From Promethearchaeota archaeon (lineage in GTDB: Archaea; Asgardarchaeota; Lokiarchaeia; Sigyniarchaeales; SOKP01), in contig SHMW01000022.1 in assembly GCA_008080735.1 (NCBI GenBank), positions 1 to 51,573 of the forward strand: 51,573 bases of DNA. The letters run 5' to 3'. A program made the translations under genes and the position numbers. The notes below the pieces were generated by a model. That model did no database searches. It was not told where the DNA came from and was given only the letters and a program-made list of their open reading frames with translations. Shown here piece by piece: positions 29,398-39,300 of the stretch. Within the stretch, counting starts at the first letter, position 1, and every line of letters starts with the position of its first letter.

Positions 29398-30474
29398 TTA
29401 TACAATTACTTTAATATCTTCAGTTTCCTCAACCAAGTCTTCCACTGTTAATGTGTTATTACCAACTTTTCCATCTTTATTGTGTTCGATATAATTCTGA
29501 TACCACACAACTGTTTCTCTTAGGCCCTCTTTAAGAGGTGTGATTTGGTAATTTAATTTCTTTTTAGCTTTTTCCGAGGAGTATGCTCGATGTAATTCGA
29601 AGCTTTCAAGCGCTTCTCTCGTTATATAAGGCATTTTTTTGGTGATTTTCGCTTTTAGCTCACATAGCCACGCATAAAATTTTGCCATCGAGAATGGAAA
29701 TTTGCGTGGTTCTTTTTCACCCGCGAGATCAGCAATCATACAGAGATAATCATAGAATTTCACATTTTCACCGCCTAAGATGAAATCTTCCCGATTAACT
29801 TCTTCATTCTGAAGAGCATTGATCATGGCATCTACAATATCATTTACATAAGAGAAACATGCCATTGAGTCTCCATCGCCGGGACAACCCATAAATTTCC
29901 CACGCACAATATCATAAAGCATTTCCCCAAAAATATTAAAATCACCTGGACCATACACTATACCAGGATAAAACATAACACCATTTAAGCCTTTTTCAAA
30001 ATACTCTTCGATAAGCTTTTTTGCTTCATATTTTGTGCGTTCATAATCCATACAGAATTGGTCTGCTTTTTCATAGGACTCGGTAATGGGTTCTTCAGGA
30101 GTTGGGCCTAGAGCGGTGAATGAACTCACATATAAGAAGCGAATATCTTTTTTAATAGCCATATCTGCGATATTTTTAGTAGCTTCCACATTAATTTCAT
30201 CATATACCGATTTATCTTTAGCCCATATCGAAACATAAGCTGCTAAATGGAAAATAACGTCAATTTCATCGGTAGCTTTATCAATATCATCCAGATTAGT
30301 AATATCACCAACATAATACTCTAACTTTTTCAAATCCTTAAACGATGACACGTCACTCGTTTCACGAACAAAAAGTCGTAAGTTGTATCCTAATTCATAT
30401 AAAGTCTTAACAAGTTGGGTTCCGATGAATCCAGTTCCGCCGGTTACTAATATTCTCTTTTCAGTATTCGACAT
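29398..30474 (-). CDS. Extended SDR / NAD-dependent epimerase-dehydratase family (farnesol dehydrogenase/HpnA-like)
   Basis: TGGTGFIG, FHLAA, YVSS, YERTK (YxxxK), YPGIVYGPG. Confidence 0.9.
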   Translation of the reverse strand: MSNTEKRILVTGGTGFIGTQLVKTLYELGYNLRLFVRETSDVSSFKDLKKLEYYVGDITNLDDIDKATDEIDVIFHLAAYVSIWAKDKSVYDEINVEATKNIADMAIKKDIRFLYVSSFTALGPTPEEPITESYEKADQFCMDYERTKYEAKKLIEEYFEKGLNGVMFYPGIVYGPGDFNIFGEMLYDIVRGKFMGCPGDGDSMACFSYVNDIVDAMINALQNEEVNREDFILGGENVKFYDYLCMIADLAGEKEPRKFPFSMAKFYAWLCELKAKITKKMPYITREALESFELHRAYSSEKAKKKLNYQITPLKEGLRETVVWYQNYIEHNKDGKVGNNTLTVEDLVEETEDIKVIV

Positions 30475-30761
30475 TTTTTTATCCCTATTTACACAATAAT
30501 CAGTAGAAATAGCTTGAGAATTGAAATTATAAGGATTTTATGCTTAAATCCTTTTAAATAATATCCAATAATTACAATTATCAACAGTTAAAAATCTTAA
30601 AAATAGGGGAATAGTAATTCTTACAAATAATATTATGTAAAGTATATTTCAATGACTTTAATTTGAATTTTAGAAATACCATAATAAAAACTAAATTAGG
30701 TATCAAATGACCTATACTATACAAAGAAAATAAATTAACTAGAATAATTTATCTATATGAA

Positions 30762-31307
30762 ATGAAAAAGGAGGATTTCTATTCTTTTAATTCCCAACTC
30801 TCATTACCCTTTTTAGAATCAGATGATTCCGTGTTTGATAGGATTTTTTTAATTCTTGAAGAGAGATTTAATCTTAGAGAGGGCTCAGAACAGAGATTTA
30901 TAGACCTTGGAGCGGGAAACGGTAGCATTGTCATATATTGTGCTTTAAATTACAATATTCTTTCCAAGGGAATTGAAATCAACCCCCATTTGATAGAAGA
31001 AGCGAAGGAAAGGATTGAAAAGCTCAAAAAACAACAAAAATATGTACCTGAGAGATATTTAAAAATAGAGATGGAACGTGGAGATCTATTCGAAGTGAAT
31101 TTAGCGAAATATAAGTTCATCTACATCTTTTCACTTCCGACAATGCAAAAATACCTTAAACATGTATTCAGAACAGCAAAAACCGGAGCGATATTCATTT
31201 CGTATAAGTATCCCTTAGAGAATTTTGAGTATTTGAGGGAAGCCCATCAGATAAAGATATCCAAAACACAAAATGATATACATATCTATTTTTATTGTAA
31301 GATATAG
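30762..31307 (+). CDS. Class I SAM-dependent methyltransferase, aKMT/FAM173 (DOT1-like) protein-lysine methyltransferase type
   Basis: LPF pre-motif, IDLGAGNG, GIEIN, GDLF, IYIFSLP, ISYKYP. Confidence 0.75.
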   Translation: MKKEDFYSFNSQLSLPFLESDDSVFDRIFLILEERFNLREGSEQRFIDLGAGNGSIVIYCALNYNILSKGIEINPHLIEEAKERIEKLKKQQKYVPERYLKIEMERGDLFEVNLAKYKFIYIFSLPTMQKYLKHVFRTAKTGAIFISYKYPLENFEYLREAHQIKISKTQNDIHIYFYCKI

Positions 31308-31452
31308 AACTCCTTTCCTAATTCTGCGTGTTTTAAATCTTGATAATGTAAGAAAAAAATTTTTGTCTAAACACAAAAACCGCACACACCTTCTTTTTAT
31401 ATATGATGCGAATAATCAAAGAGTAATATCAAGATCCAAGTAGAAGGAAAAA

Positions 31453-31917
31453 ATGGCATCGAATGTTTACATAGAAAGAACACATATCGAAAAATTTTTT
31501 CAGAGAGATCTTGATAGGTTTTCCATAAGTTCGGAAGAATTAAATTTCCATGAGCAAAAATTTAATTTTATTTCCGAACTTCTATCTTTCTTATATTCTC
31601 AAATCAGTAGGAATATAATTCAAGATATAGAGAATCTAATCAATATTTTAGTCGATATCCCTAATAAAAAGTTCGAAAAAAATATTTTTAGCGAATATAG
31701 TTCTTCTTTGGCAGAAGTGGGAGATTTTGAGGTGACATTCACCCTAGATAAACAAACTATCTATAGTGTTGAGGATTACTTGAGAATGCTCAATAAAGTA
31801 CGAGAATTGACTACTTCTTGTTCAGAATTAAGCCTTCATGAAAAGGCAGAGTTATGTAAGCTTGAGAGATGTTTTATGAAGAATTATCTGAAGGAAGTAA
31901 ATCAGAAATTATTGTAG
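31453..31917 (+). CDS. Hypothetical protein
   Basis: 154-aa ORF with ATG start, purine-rich upstream element and upstream TATA-like tttatata. Confidence 0.65.
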   Translation: MASNVYIERTHIEKFFQRDLDRFSISSEELNFHEQKFNFISELLSFLYSQISRNIIQDIENLINILVDIPNKKFEKNIFSEYSSSLAEVGDFEVTFTLDKQTIYSVEDYLRMLNKVRELTTSCSELSLHEKAELCKLERCFMKNYLKEVNQKLL

Positions 31918-32007
31918 TATAATCTTCAATATCCAAATTTAAATAAATCCACTTGCTATGAAGTAAGTCACTACTTTTTTATTGAGTTTTCATTATTTCT
32001 ATTTGAC

Positions 32008-33183
32008 ATGTCTGAGTATGAATTTGATTATGCTTCACGAATTAAAAAAATTCAAGCGTTATTAGAGCGTTTAGAATTAGATTTTATTATTATCACCAAC
32101 ATACAGAATCTCTATTGGTTAAGCGGTACAGCTCAATATGGTGTTTTACTCCTCTCGGCAAAAGAGAAACCCGCTCTGTTTATCAGAAGAAATCTTTTCA
32201 AAGCTAAAGAAGAGGCGTATATCGAAAACATAATCGAAATGAAAAAAACTTCTCAAATAAAGGAATTCATATTCAAACTGAGTAAATCTCTGGATAATTT
32301 AAGAATTGGTATGGAACTTGATTCCTTACCTGCATCATTTTATATTTACTACAAGAAGATGCTTAATGGGGCTGAAATAAGAAATATTGAGCTTGATGTG
32401 CGGAAATTGAGAATGATTAAAGACCGGAAAGAATTGTATTTATTCAAAAAAGCGGGAAAGATTGCTCAGAAAGCACAAGAAAGGATTCCAGAAGTATTAA
32501 AACCAGGGATAAAGGAATATGAGGTTGCTGCTGAGGTTATTTATCAGGCAATCAAAAATCAATCAGTTCATTTTAGTAATGTTAATAATATATTTGGAGA
32601 AAATTGGTTTATACTGGCAAGCGGAAAGAATTTATGGACACCGAGCTATTTTCCCATTCTTTCAGGGGAAGGTCTTTCAAATGCAATTCCCTATGGGTAT
32701 TCTGATCGAGAAATTAGAAAAGGAGATATTATTATGTGTGATTATGCGATAAATTATATGGGATATCATGCAGATCATGCTCGTACTTTCTATTTAGAGC
32801 CGTATCCAGAAGGATTTAAGAGGAAATATCGAATCTTAAAAAACGCATATGAAGAAATTAAACAGGATTATTTAAAAGCTGGGATTAAAGTCAGTGAAAT
32901 ATACAATCAAATGAAAAAGCTACTAAAGAAAGAAGGACTGGCCACGTTTTTTCAAGGAAATGGCTATTATTATCAAGGTCTCGGGCATGGAATAGGTTTA
33001 GAACTTGATGAACCGCCTGCGTTCCTTCCCAATATAGATCTGGAATTAAAAGAAAACATGGTCATCGCAATGGAACCGAAAATTATCATTCCAGAATGGG
33101 GTGCAATAGATTTGGAAGATGATTTTATCATTAAACCCAATGGTGCAGAACAGATCACTAATACTCCCTATTTGTTTGAGTAG
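32008..33183 (+). CDS. Xaa-Pro peptidase family (M24B)
   Basis: Creatinase-like N-domain; D, GYHADHART, GHGIGLELDEPP, MEP, EDD metal ligands. Confidence 0.92.
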   Translation: MSEYEFDYASRIKKIQALLERLELDFIIITNIQNLYWLSGTAQYGVLLLSAKEKPALFIRRNLFKAKEEAYIENIIEMKKTSQIKEFIFKLSKSLDNLRIGMELDSLPASFYIYYKKMLNGAEIRNIELDVRKLRMIKDRKELYLFKKAGKIAQKAQERIPEVLKPGIKEYEVAAEVIYQAIKNQSVHFSNVNNIFGENWFILASGKNLWTPSYFPILSGEGLSNAIPYGYSDREIRKGDIIMCDYAINYMGYHADHARTFYLEPYPEGFKRKYRILKNAYEEIKQDYLKAGIKVSEIYNQMKKLLKKEGLATFFQGNGYYYQGLGHGIGLELDEPPAFLPNIDLELKENMVIAMEPKIIIPEWGAIDLEDDFIIKPNGAEQITNTPYLFE

Positions 33184-33286
33184 TATTGGATTAGAATTTC
33201 TGAATTGAAAGAAGAATATCTCTAATTAATAATATTTTAATAAAATCAGACTAAAATTTAAAATAACAGATAAACTTTCATTTACC

Positions 33287-34474
33287 ATGCTAAACCATCG
33301 TCTAATAGACCCTCCTAAGGAGCCGGAACAATTTGTCGCGTCTGCAGTGAAGTTCTTACGGAAATACGCACAAGATAAGAAAGTTTTTTGCGCTTTATCA
33401 GGGGGAATTGATAGTTCTGCTACATATCTTCTATTAAAAGAAGCGAATATTGATACTCTTCCTGTATTTATTGACCACGGGCTCATGCGGATTATTCGAG
33501 GTGTGGAAGAACGAAAATATATAAAAAAATTATTTCCTGATGTGAAAATAATTGATATTCGAGAGGATTTCCTACCCAAGATTTATGGAGAAGGAGACGC
33601 TGAGAGAAAACGACAATTATTTAAGGACGCTTATTCAGATGTAATTAGTAGAGTAATAAAGGAAGAGAACTGTGACCTATTAGCTGATGGTACGATCTTA
33701 CCCGATATTGAAGAGAGTTTTGGCGTGAAAATACGCGATCTTAAGGAAACTATAAGTTTAGAGGAGGAACAAGCATTAATGGAGCAAAATAAAGAGGGAT
33801 TCGTAAAAAGCCAACATAATCTAAATATTCGATATGAAGTGGATGCCACCCTACAACCGGTAGCGAGCTTGACAAAGGACGAGGTAAGGGAGATATTAAA
33901 ACATTTCGATATGCCTTCAGAGTTAGTATTTCGAAAAGCATTTCCCGGTCCAGCATTAGCAGCCAGAATAATTGGTCCAGTAACCGCAGAGAATCTTGCA
34001 TTTGAAAAAAAAGTGCATGATATTGTTGAAAAATCTGTGGAAAATCATTATGAAAAAAGATATGGGAAATTTATGATAATCAATAAAAACAGGGAACAAG
34101 AACCGTTTCAAGCCTTTGCTGCCATCTCAGAGAACATCTTAGAGACTAAAGTCACCGGTTTAATCGATGGAAAACGGTCTTATGAATATCCGCTACTCGT
34201 TAAAGCGAAATGGGATTTTAATAGATTAGTAGAAACGGCATCAGATCTTAAAAATTATTCCCGCCTTCTTTATGAATTAGGGCGCAATCAAGTAGGTGAA
34301 TTTGATGTAATCATTCGAAGCGTAAATAGTATCGACGCGCGAAATGCCTCCGTAACCGAATTCTCACTGGAGTTTCTGACAGAACTTTCTAAGGAATTAT
34401 TAAAAGATAATAAGACACGATGTGTTTATTATGATATAACCTCAAAACCACCAGCGACAATAGAATATGTGTGA
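33287..34474 (+). CDS. guaAB: GMP synthase ATP-pyrophosphatase subunit (subunit B), divergent
   Basis: ALSGGIDS PP-loop, IDHGLMR, KSQHN, KDEVR, FPGPALAARI, YDITSKPPATIEY. Confidence 0.9.
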   Translation: MLNHRLIDPPKEPEQFVASAVKFLRKYAQDKKVFCALSGGIDSSATYLLLKEANIDTLPVFIDHGLMRIIRGVEERKYIKKLFPDVKIIDIREDFLPKIYGEGDAERKRQLFKDAYSDVISRVIKEENCDLLADGTILPDIEESFGVKIRDLKETISLEEEQALMEQNKEGFVKSQHNLNIRYEVDATLQPVASLTKDEVREILKHFDMPSELVFRKAFPGPALAARIIGPVTAENLAFEKKVHDIVEKSVENHYEKRYGKFMIINKNREQEPFQAFAAISENILETKVTGLIDGKRSYEYPLLVKAKWDFNRLVETASDLKNYSRLLYELGRNQVGEFDVIIRSVNSIDARNASVTEFSLEFLTELSKELLKDNKTRCVYYDITSKPPATIEYV

Positions 34475-34516
34475 TATTGAAACAAAAAATAAAGATATAA
34501 TAAATAAAAATTTGAG

Positions 34517-35080
34517 TTACTGAATTTTTGAGCCACAATTCTCGCAAAATTTCGCTTCCGCTCTTAACTGATGACCACAATAAGGACAATAATTTCTTTC
34601 TCCTGAAGCGACTCTTTCTACTTCGGCTGACTCAGATTTAGCCTTTTCTACGGGTTCATATTCCATTTTCTCCCCTAAAATAATCTCTCCGGTTTCTGGG
34701 TTGAATTTATATCGAATCTCTCCGCTTTCTCTTAAATCTAATAATACACGAAGAACATCCGAAGGTTTTATACCTACTTCCAAGGCAATATTCTCCAATT
34801 TATGGGTTCCTTGATAATTACGTTCTGCTATTGCTACCTTAACGGATTTTTTGTATTTGTAATTCGTATAAAGTTGTTCAAATCCCCCTAAAATAATGAA
34901 AAAAGCGGGAATAAATAACCAATACCCCCAACCACTTAATCCGATAAAATCCACATCAATTGCCAAAAATACAAGCGATAAAATCGCGACAAATAGGAAG
35001 ACAAGTCCGCATCCAAATGTCCCAATAGCAGCCTCATATTTCCCTTCTTTATATTCTCTTTTATAAGACGAATCAGTCAT
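34517..35080 (-). CDS. 2-TM membrane protein with winged-helix-like middle domain and C-terminal zinc ribbon
   Basis: Two TM helices; LENIALEVGI...LLDL...GEI; CPYCG...FCENCG; GGTGA SD before ATG 35080. Confidence 0.75.
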   Translation of the reverse strand: MTDSSYKREYKEGKYEAAIGTFGCGLVFLFVAILSLVFLAIDVDFIGLSGWGYWLFIPAFFIILGGFEQLYTNYKYKKSVKVAIAERNYQGTHKLENIALEVGIKPSDVLRVLLDLRESGEIRYKFNPETGEIILGEKMEYEPVEKAKSESAEVERVASGERNYCPYCGHQLRAEAKFCENCGSKIQ

Positions 35081-35350
35081 TTTTTCACCAACCAATTAAT
35101 ATTTAGTGTTTAGTATTAATAATCGAGATTTCTATTTAAGATATTCATAATCCAATTTTTAATAAAAATTTCATCTTTATAGAATAGACATTTCACTTTC
35201 AAACTATTTCGCATAATTATACAGTCTAAAGGATGATATCTGAATATATTTGGATTTTTCACGAATTTTTGTTGGGAAGTAAGTTTAAATATTTCTTACG
35301 ACCGATATATGATAAGAAAAATATCTTAGATCTTAAATGGGAAAATTACG

Positions 35351-35872
35351 ATGAGCAAGCGAAAATGGTGGCACCTCACATTTAGTGAAAAATCCAGGAA
35401 ATCGAGAAAAATCCTTGCGATCTTTCTACTTATATTAGTAGTCTTGGGCTATCTAGCGTTTTTTGCGTTGAATGCTTATATCATTGCTTCTACTTTGTTT
35501 ATTAGGATGAGTCCTCAGGGATTTACAACCGAAAATCCAGAGCCAGATGTGATGATACTCAATGGAACCTTCCTACTAGATAATTCACATTGGAATTCTA
35601 TAGATATAGCAGATTTCGATTTGGATTACACCTTATATGCTAATAATACTCTAATAATTCAACAAGAAAGAGATCCGATTACTATCCCTCGTCAAAAAAA
35701 AACCAATATTTCAATCGATCTTAGCTTTAATGCCTCAGAAATGACTCCAGAACAATTTAATGCGATAAATAGTAGCTCATATTTGATATTTGATGTAAGC
35801 GTCTCATTCAAATACTTTCTGTTTGGTTTCTTTGTCAATGTAAAATTAAACACCAGCTTATTGGGGGGATAA
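35351..35872 (+). CDS. Membrane-anchored LEA_2/WHy-like protein
   Basis: N-terminal TM followed by N...IDIADFDLDYTLYAN...ITIP...NISIDLSF. Confidence 0.55.
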   Translation: MSKRKWWHLTFSEKSRKSRKILAIFLLILVVLGYLAFFALNAYIIASTLFIRMSPQGFTTENPEPDVMILNGTFLLDNSHWNSIDIADFDLDYTLYANNTLIIQQERDPITIPRQKKTNISIDLSFNASEMTPEQFNAINSSSYLIFDVSVSFKYFLFGFFVNVKLNTSLLGG

Positions 35873-35873
35873 T

Positions 35874-36335
35874 ATGTCGGAGTTTATCAATTACAAGACC
35901 TTTTTCCGCAATTTAATAATTGCAGGAGTTTTAGGACTACTAATTCCCTATTTAGTGTTAACATACGCGATCCCCTCAAACGCGGTGTTTGATTATCCAC
36001 TGATTATGACTAACGGATTCATTTGGCTAGCAGGATATGGTGCGCTAGGGCTTTTTGCGAAAAATACATTTTATCGTTTCTTAATCGGGATGGGATATGT
36101 GGCACTTATGGCTTATTTTTATACAATCGGGAGTAATTTCTTTACAATTTTCATCCCTCACGCTGGATTTGGATATATGTATGCCAGTGGCACGATATTT
36201 GGTATCCCAATTGCAGTTGGATACAATTATGCCTGGGTTGCGGTGGTACTCCTTATTCTAACGGGTTTAAACGTTTTAAGAAAATTCATTAAACCCGTAG
36301 ATGAGACGACCGAAAGGGTGGAGAAAAAAAATTGA
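35874..36335 (+). CDS. Hypothetical membrane protein (about 4 TM), coupled to the upstream gene
   Basis: Hydrophobic ORF starting after a 1-nt gap from the previous stop. Confidence 0.75.
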   Translation: MSEFINYKTFFRNLIIAGVLGLLIPYLVLTYAIPSNAVFDYPLIMTNGFIWLAGYGALGLFAKNTFYRFLIGMGYVALMAYFYTIGSNFFTIFIPHAGFGYMYASGTIFGIPIAVGYNYAWVAVVLLILTGLNVLRKFIKPVDETTERVEKKN

Positions 36336-36451
36336 AAATCTAACTAATTATTTTTTTCTTTAGCATATATTCCTTTAGAATTATTAGATTAAATCTTTGA
36401 AATAAATGAATAAATTTTTCGTCGATTTATAAAGAAAAACGAAATCTCATA

Positions 36452-38791
36452 ATGAGAATTTTAAAGCTCCTTTTAAAAACTTATTATCGTCAAATTATAG
36501 AAATAAAGATGAAAGGTATATATACTTTAAAATATCGTAATAAGATTATGATTAAATGGTTAAATGCGATTTTTTATTTTATAAATGCTGAAAATTTCAC
36601 CTCGTTCATTCAAATCGCTACAATTAATCTCCTTATAGTCGTGATAAGTCGTTCACTATACGCTATATCGTATTATTATCGATATCCAGAGCTTTTTGAA
36701 GGGAAAGGAAGACCATTTAAGGTCTATTTTTTAAATAATTATCTGTTATATTTCATCTTGAAGGAAATAACTCTCATTTTAATCGGGATTCTCTATTATC
36801 CAATAAGCGTGGGAATTGGAGTCTATTCGTTCATTTTAATGGGAGATAATATAAAAAATATTGGAGAAAAAAAGGAGAATCATATAATTAAAAATACAGG
36901 CGACTCGATACGTATAATAATACCCCTGATTGGAATAATTTATTTTATCATTACACAAGATTATCTTTTAGTGGGTTTCGTAGCTCTGAGTCTCCTCATA
37001 TATATGATTTCGGGATTTAATAGGATGGAAAGGACTCTTTCGGATTTAAAAGAGAAAATTTTAAATAGTAGATTTAATCGAAGCAGAGTCGGGAAGATTG
37101 GGCATGTCAGTCTCTTTATTCTCACGATCGGCTTTTCGCTTTTTAGTATTAGTGCAGTGGGAATTTATAGCCCACCGAAAAGACAGACTTATTATATACA
37201 GATGAGCGACGGTGTAAAGCTTGCAACCGATGTATATTATAGTCCTGGATCGTTCGGAACAGCTAAACCCGTAATTCTTGTTAGAACGCCTTATGGAAAA
37301 ACTGGCTGGGCATATGATCTTTATTCCTTGTTTTATTTTATTCAAGATTACCACTTAGTAATTCAAGATCTACGGGGCACATTCGATTCGGGGGGAGGTC
37401 AAGATTTTCTCCTTTTCACTCAATCTTATAAGGACGGAGTTGAGACGGTAGAGTGGATAATGGAACAATCGTGGTGTAATGGAAAGATTGCGAGTGTGGG
37501 CGTTTCTGCCCTTTGTATCAACGAATATTTCTATGCGGGAATGAATCCCAATGGCTTAGAAGCCCAATCATTATGGTTTGGCACTCCAGAACTCTTTGAT
37601 CACGCGATTTATCAAGGATCCTATCATAAATCATCTGTAGAAACTTGGATTGAAAGTACCGCGCCAGAGAATTACGACCATCAAATTGGGATGATTTTTG
37701 AATATTTTCCTAAGAATGAAACTTTGTATAATTCAACCTCTCTTAAGATTAATTCCGGACCTACATATTCAAACATATCTGTACGCGCTCTACACGTTGG
37801 CGGTTGGTATGACCATTTCCTCCAAGGGACGATTGATGGCTATGTTGGATATGATGATTATGGTACTTCGAGAGCGAGAAATCATCAGAAATTAATAATG
37901 GGGCCATGGACGCATGGATCTATATATGGTGGAAAACAGGGTCAACTGACCTATCCAGACAATTCAAATGGATTCAATATGATATTCGAATGGGAGCAAG
38001 AAATATTTGATGAGTCTTTAAGAGGGATTGCTGCGAATTGGGATGGAGCTCGAGTTGCGTATTATTTAATGGGTGATATTGAAAGTTCTGGAAAATGGAA
38101 TTATTGGCGCTATGCCTATGATTGGCCACTTGATTATGTAAATACAACATGGTATTTTCATGAAAATAGGGTTTTAAACACAACTCTTCCAACAACAGGC
38201 TACAATTACTCATACATTTTTGATCCACGGGATCCAGTAGAAACTTTGGGAGGCCAAAATCAACCTTTTGATTTAAACGGACCATATGACCAAAGACCAA
38301 TAGAAAATAGATCCGATGTTTTGCTATTTGAAAGCGACGTCCTAACAGAACCATATGAAACCGTGGGAAGGATATGGGGGCATCTATGGGTGAGTTCCAA
38401 TTGCACTGACACAGATTTTACTGTGAAACTTACTGATGTATATCCCGACGGTCGCTCTATGTTAATTACTGACGGATCACTTACCGTTCGGAGTAGAAAT
38501 GGATATACTATAGAAGATTTTATGAGTGGTAACCAAATTGATGTGTATGAACTCTTGGTGGATTGTTGGAGTACGGCATATACATTTGCTCCGGGACATA
38601 AGATACGAGTTGCGATATCAAGCTCTAATTATCCACGGTTTGCCATCAACCCAAATACAAACGCCTCCCTGGCAGAGAGTTATTTGAATTATAATATTGC
38701 AAATAATACCTTATGTACAGGACCACTATATAACTCTTCAATTATTTTACCAGAATTGAGAAATATGAGCGCTACCCACACATATTACTAA
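36452..38791 (+). CDS. CocE/NonD family serine hydrolase (peptidase S15) with multi-TM N-terminal region
   Basis: MSDGVKLATDVY, RTPYGK, QDLRG, GVSAL nucleophile elbow, GGWYD, GPWTH, ISSSNYPRF; true start may be 36509 or 36548. Confidence 0.9.
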   Translation: MRILKLLLKTYYRQIIEIKMKGIYTLKYRNKIMIKWLNAIFYFINAENFTSFIQIATINLLIVVISRSLYAISYYYRYPELFEGKGRPFKVYFLNNYLLYFILKEITLILIGILYYPISVGIGVYSFILMGDNIKNIGEKKENHIIKNTGDSIRIIIPLIGIIYFIITQDYLLVGFVALSLLIYMISGFNRMERTLSDLKEKILNSRFNRSRVGKIGHVSLFILTIGFSLFSISAVGIYSPPKRQTYYIQMSDGVKLATDVYYSPGSFGTAKPVILVRTPYGKTGWAYDLYSLFYFIQDYHLVIQDLRGTFDSGGGQDFLLFTQSYKDGVETVEWIMEQSWCNGKIASVGVSALCINEYFYAGMNPNGLEAQSLWFGTPELFDHAIYQGSYHKSSVETWIESTAPENYDHQIGMIFEYFPKNETLYNSTSLKINSGPTYSNISVRALHVGGWYDHFLQGTIDGYVGYDDYGTSRARNHQKLIMGPWTHGSIYGGKQGQLTYPDNSNGFNMIFEWEQEIFDESLRGIAANWDGARVAYYLMGDIESSGKWNYWRYAYDWPLDYVNTTWYFHENRVLNTTLPTTGYNYSYIFDPRDPVETLGGQNQPFDLNGPYDQRPIENRSDVLLFESDVLTEPYETVGRIWGHLWVSSNCTDTDFTVKLTDVYPDGRSMLITDGSLTVRSRNGYTIEDFMSGNQIDVYELLVDCWSTAYTFAPGHKIRVAISSSNYPRFAINPNTNASLAESYLNYNIANNTLCTGPLYNSSIILPELRNMSATHTYY

Positions 38792-38835
38792 AACTATTTC
38801 CCTTTTTTTTAATATTTTTTCTCAGAATTGTAATT

Positions 38836-39246
38836 TTAAGGATTAGGATGTCCTAAGCGTGTCTTCAGTTCTTTAGAAATCCCCCGTAAATTTCTGATGT
38901 CAATTGCAATAAAATCAAGAATGTCTTTCGGAGCTCGGTTTAAGTCAAAAATGATCATCGCCCATTGTTCAATCATCAAAGGAGTGAGTTCATTATCTTT
39001 AAGGACTTGCCGCACTGCCTCGATTTTTTGCGTATAGGGTAGATTTGCCTCTAGCATAGTTCCAACCGTCCACATATTAATAATTGCTTCGAGCTTTTCA
39101 TTAGAACCGACAATCTTAAACGCCTCTCTAAACATTAGTCGCTTATCCTCGATATTTAAGTCTTTTTTAATGAGCGACTCTCCAAATTGCATGGCTGAAC
39201 CTATTGTTGGGTTTTTCTTGAATTCGTCTAATTCCTGAATATCCAT
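38836..39246 (-). CDS. Hypothetical protein
   Basis: 136-aa helical ORF with ATG start. Confidence 0.7.
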   Translation of the reverse strand: MDIQELDEFKKNPTIGSAMQFGESLIKKDLNIEDKRLMFREAFKIVGSNEKLEAIINMWTVGTMLEANLPYTQKIEAVRQVLKDNELTPLMIEQWAMIIFDLNRAPKDILDFIAIDIRNLRGISKELKTRLGHPNP

Positions 39247-39300
39247 ATTAGATAGATAGGATTTGAATGATTCTTATTTATTTGTTTTTTTAGGAACGAA

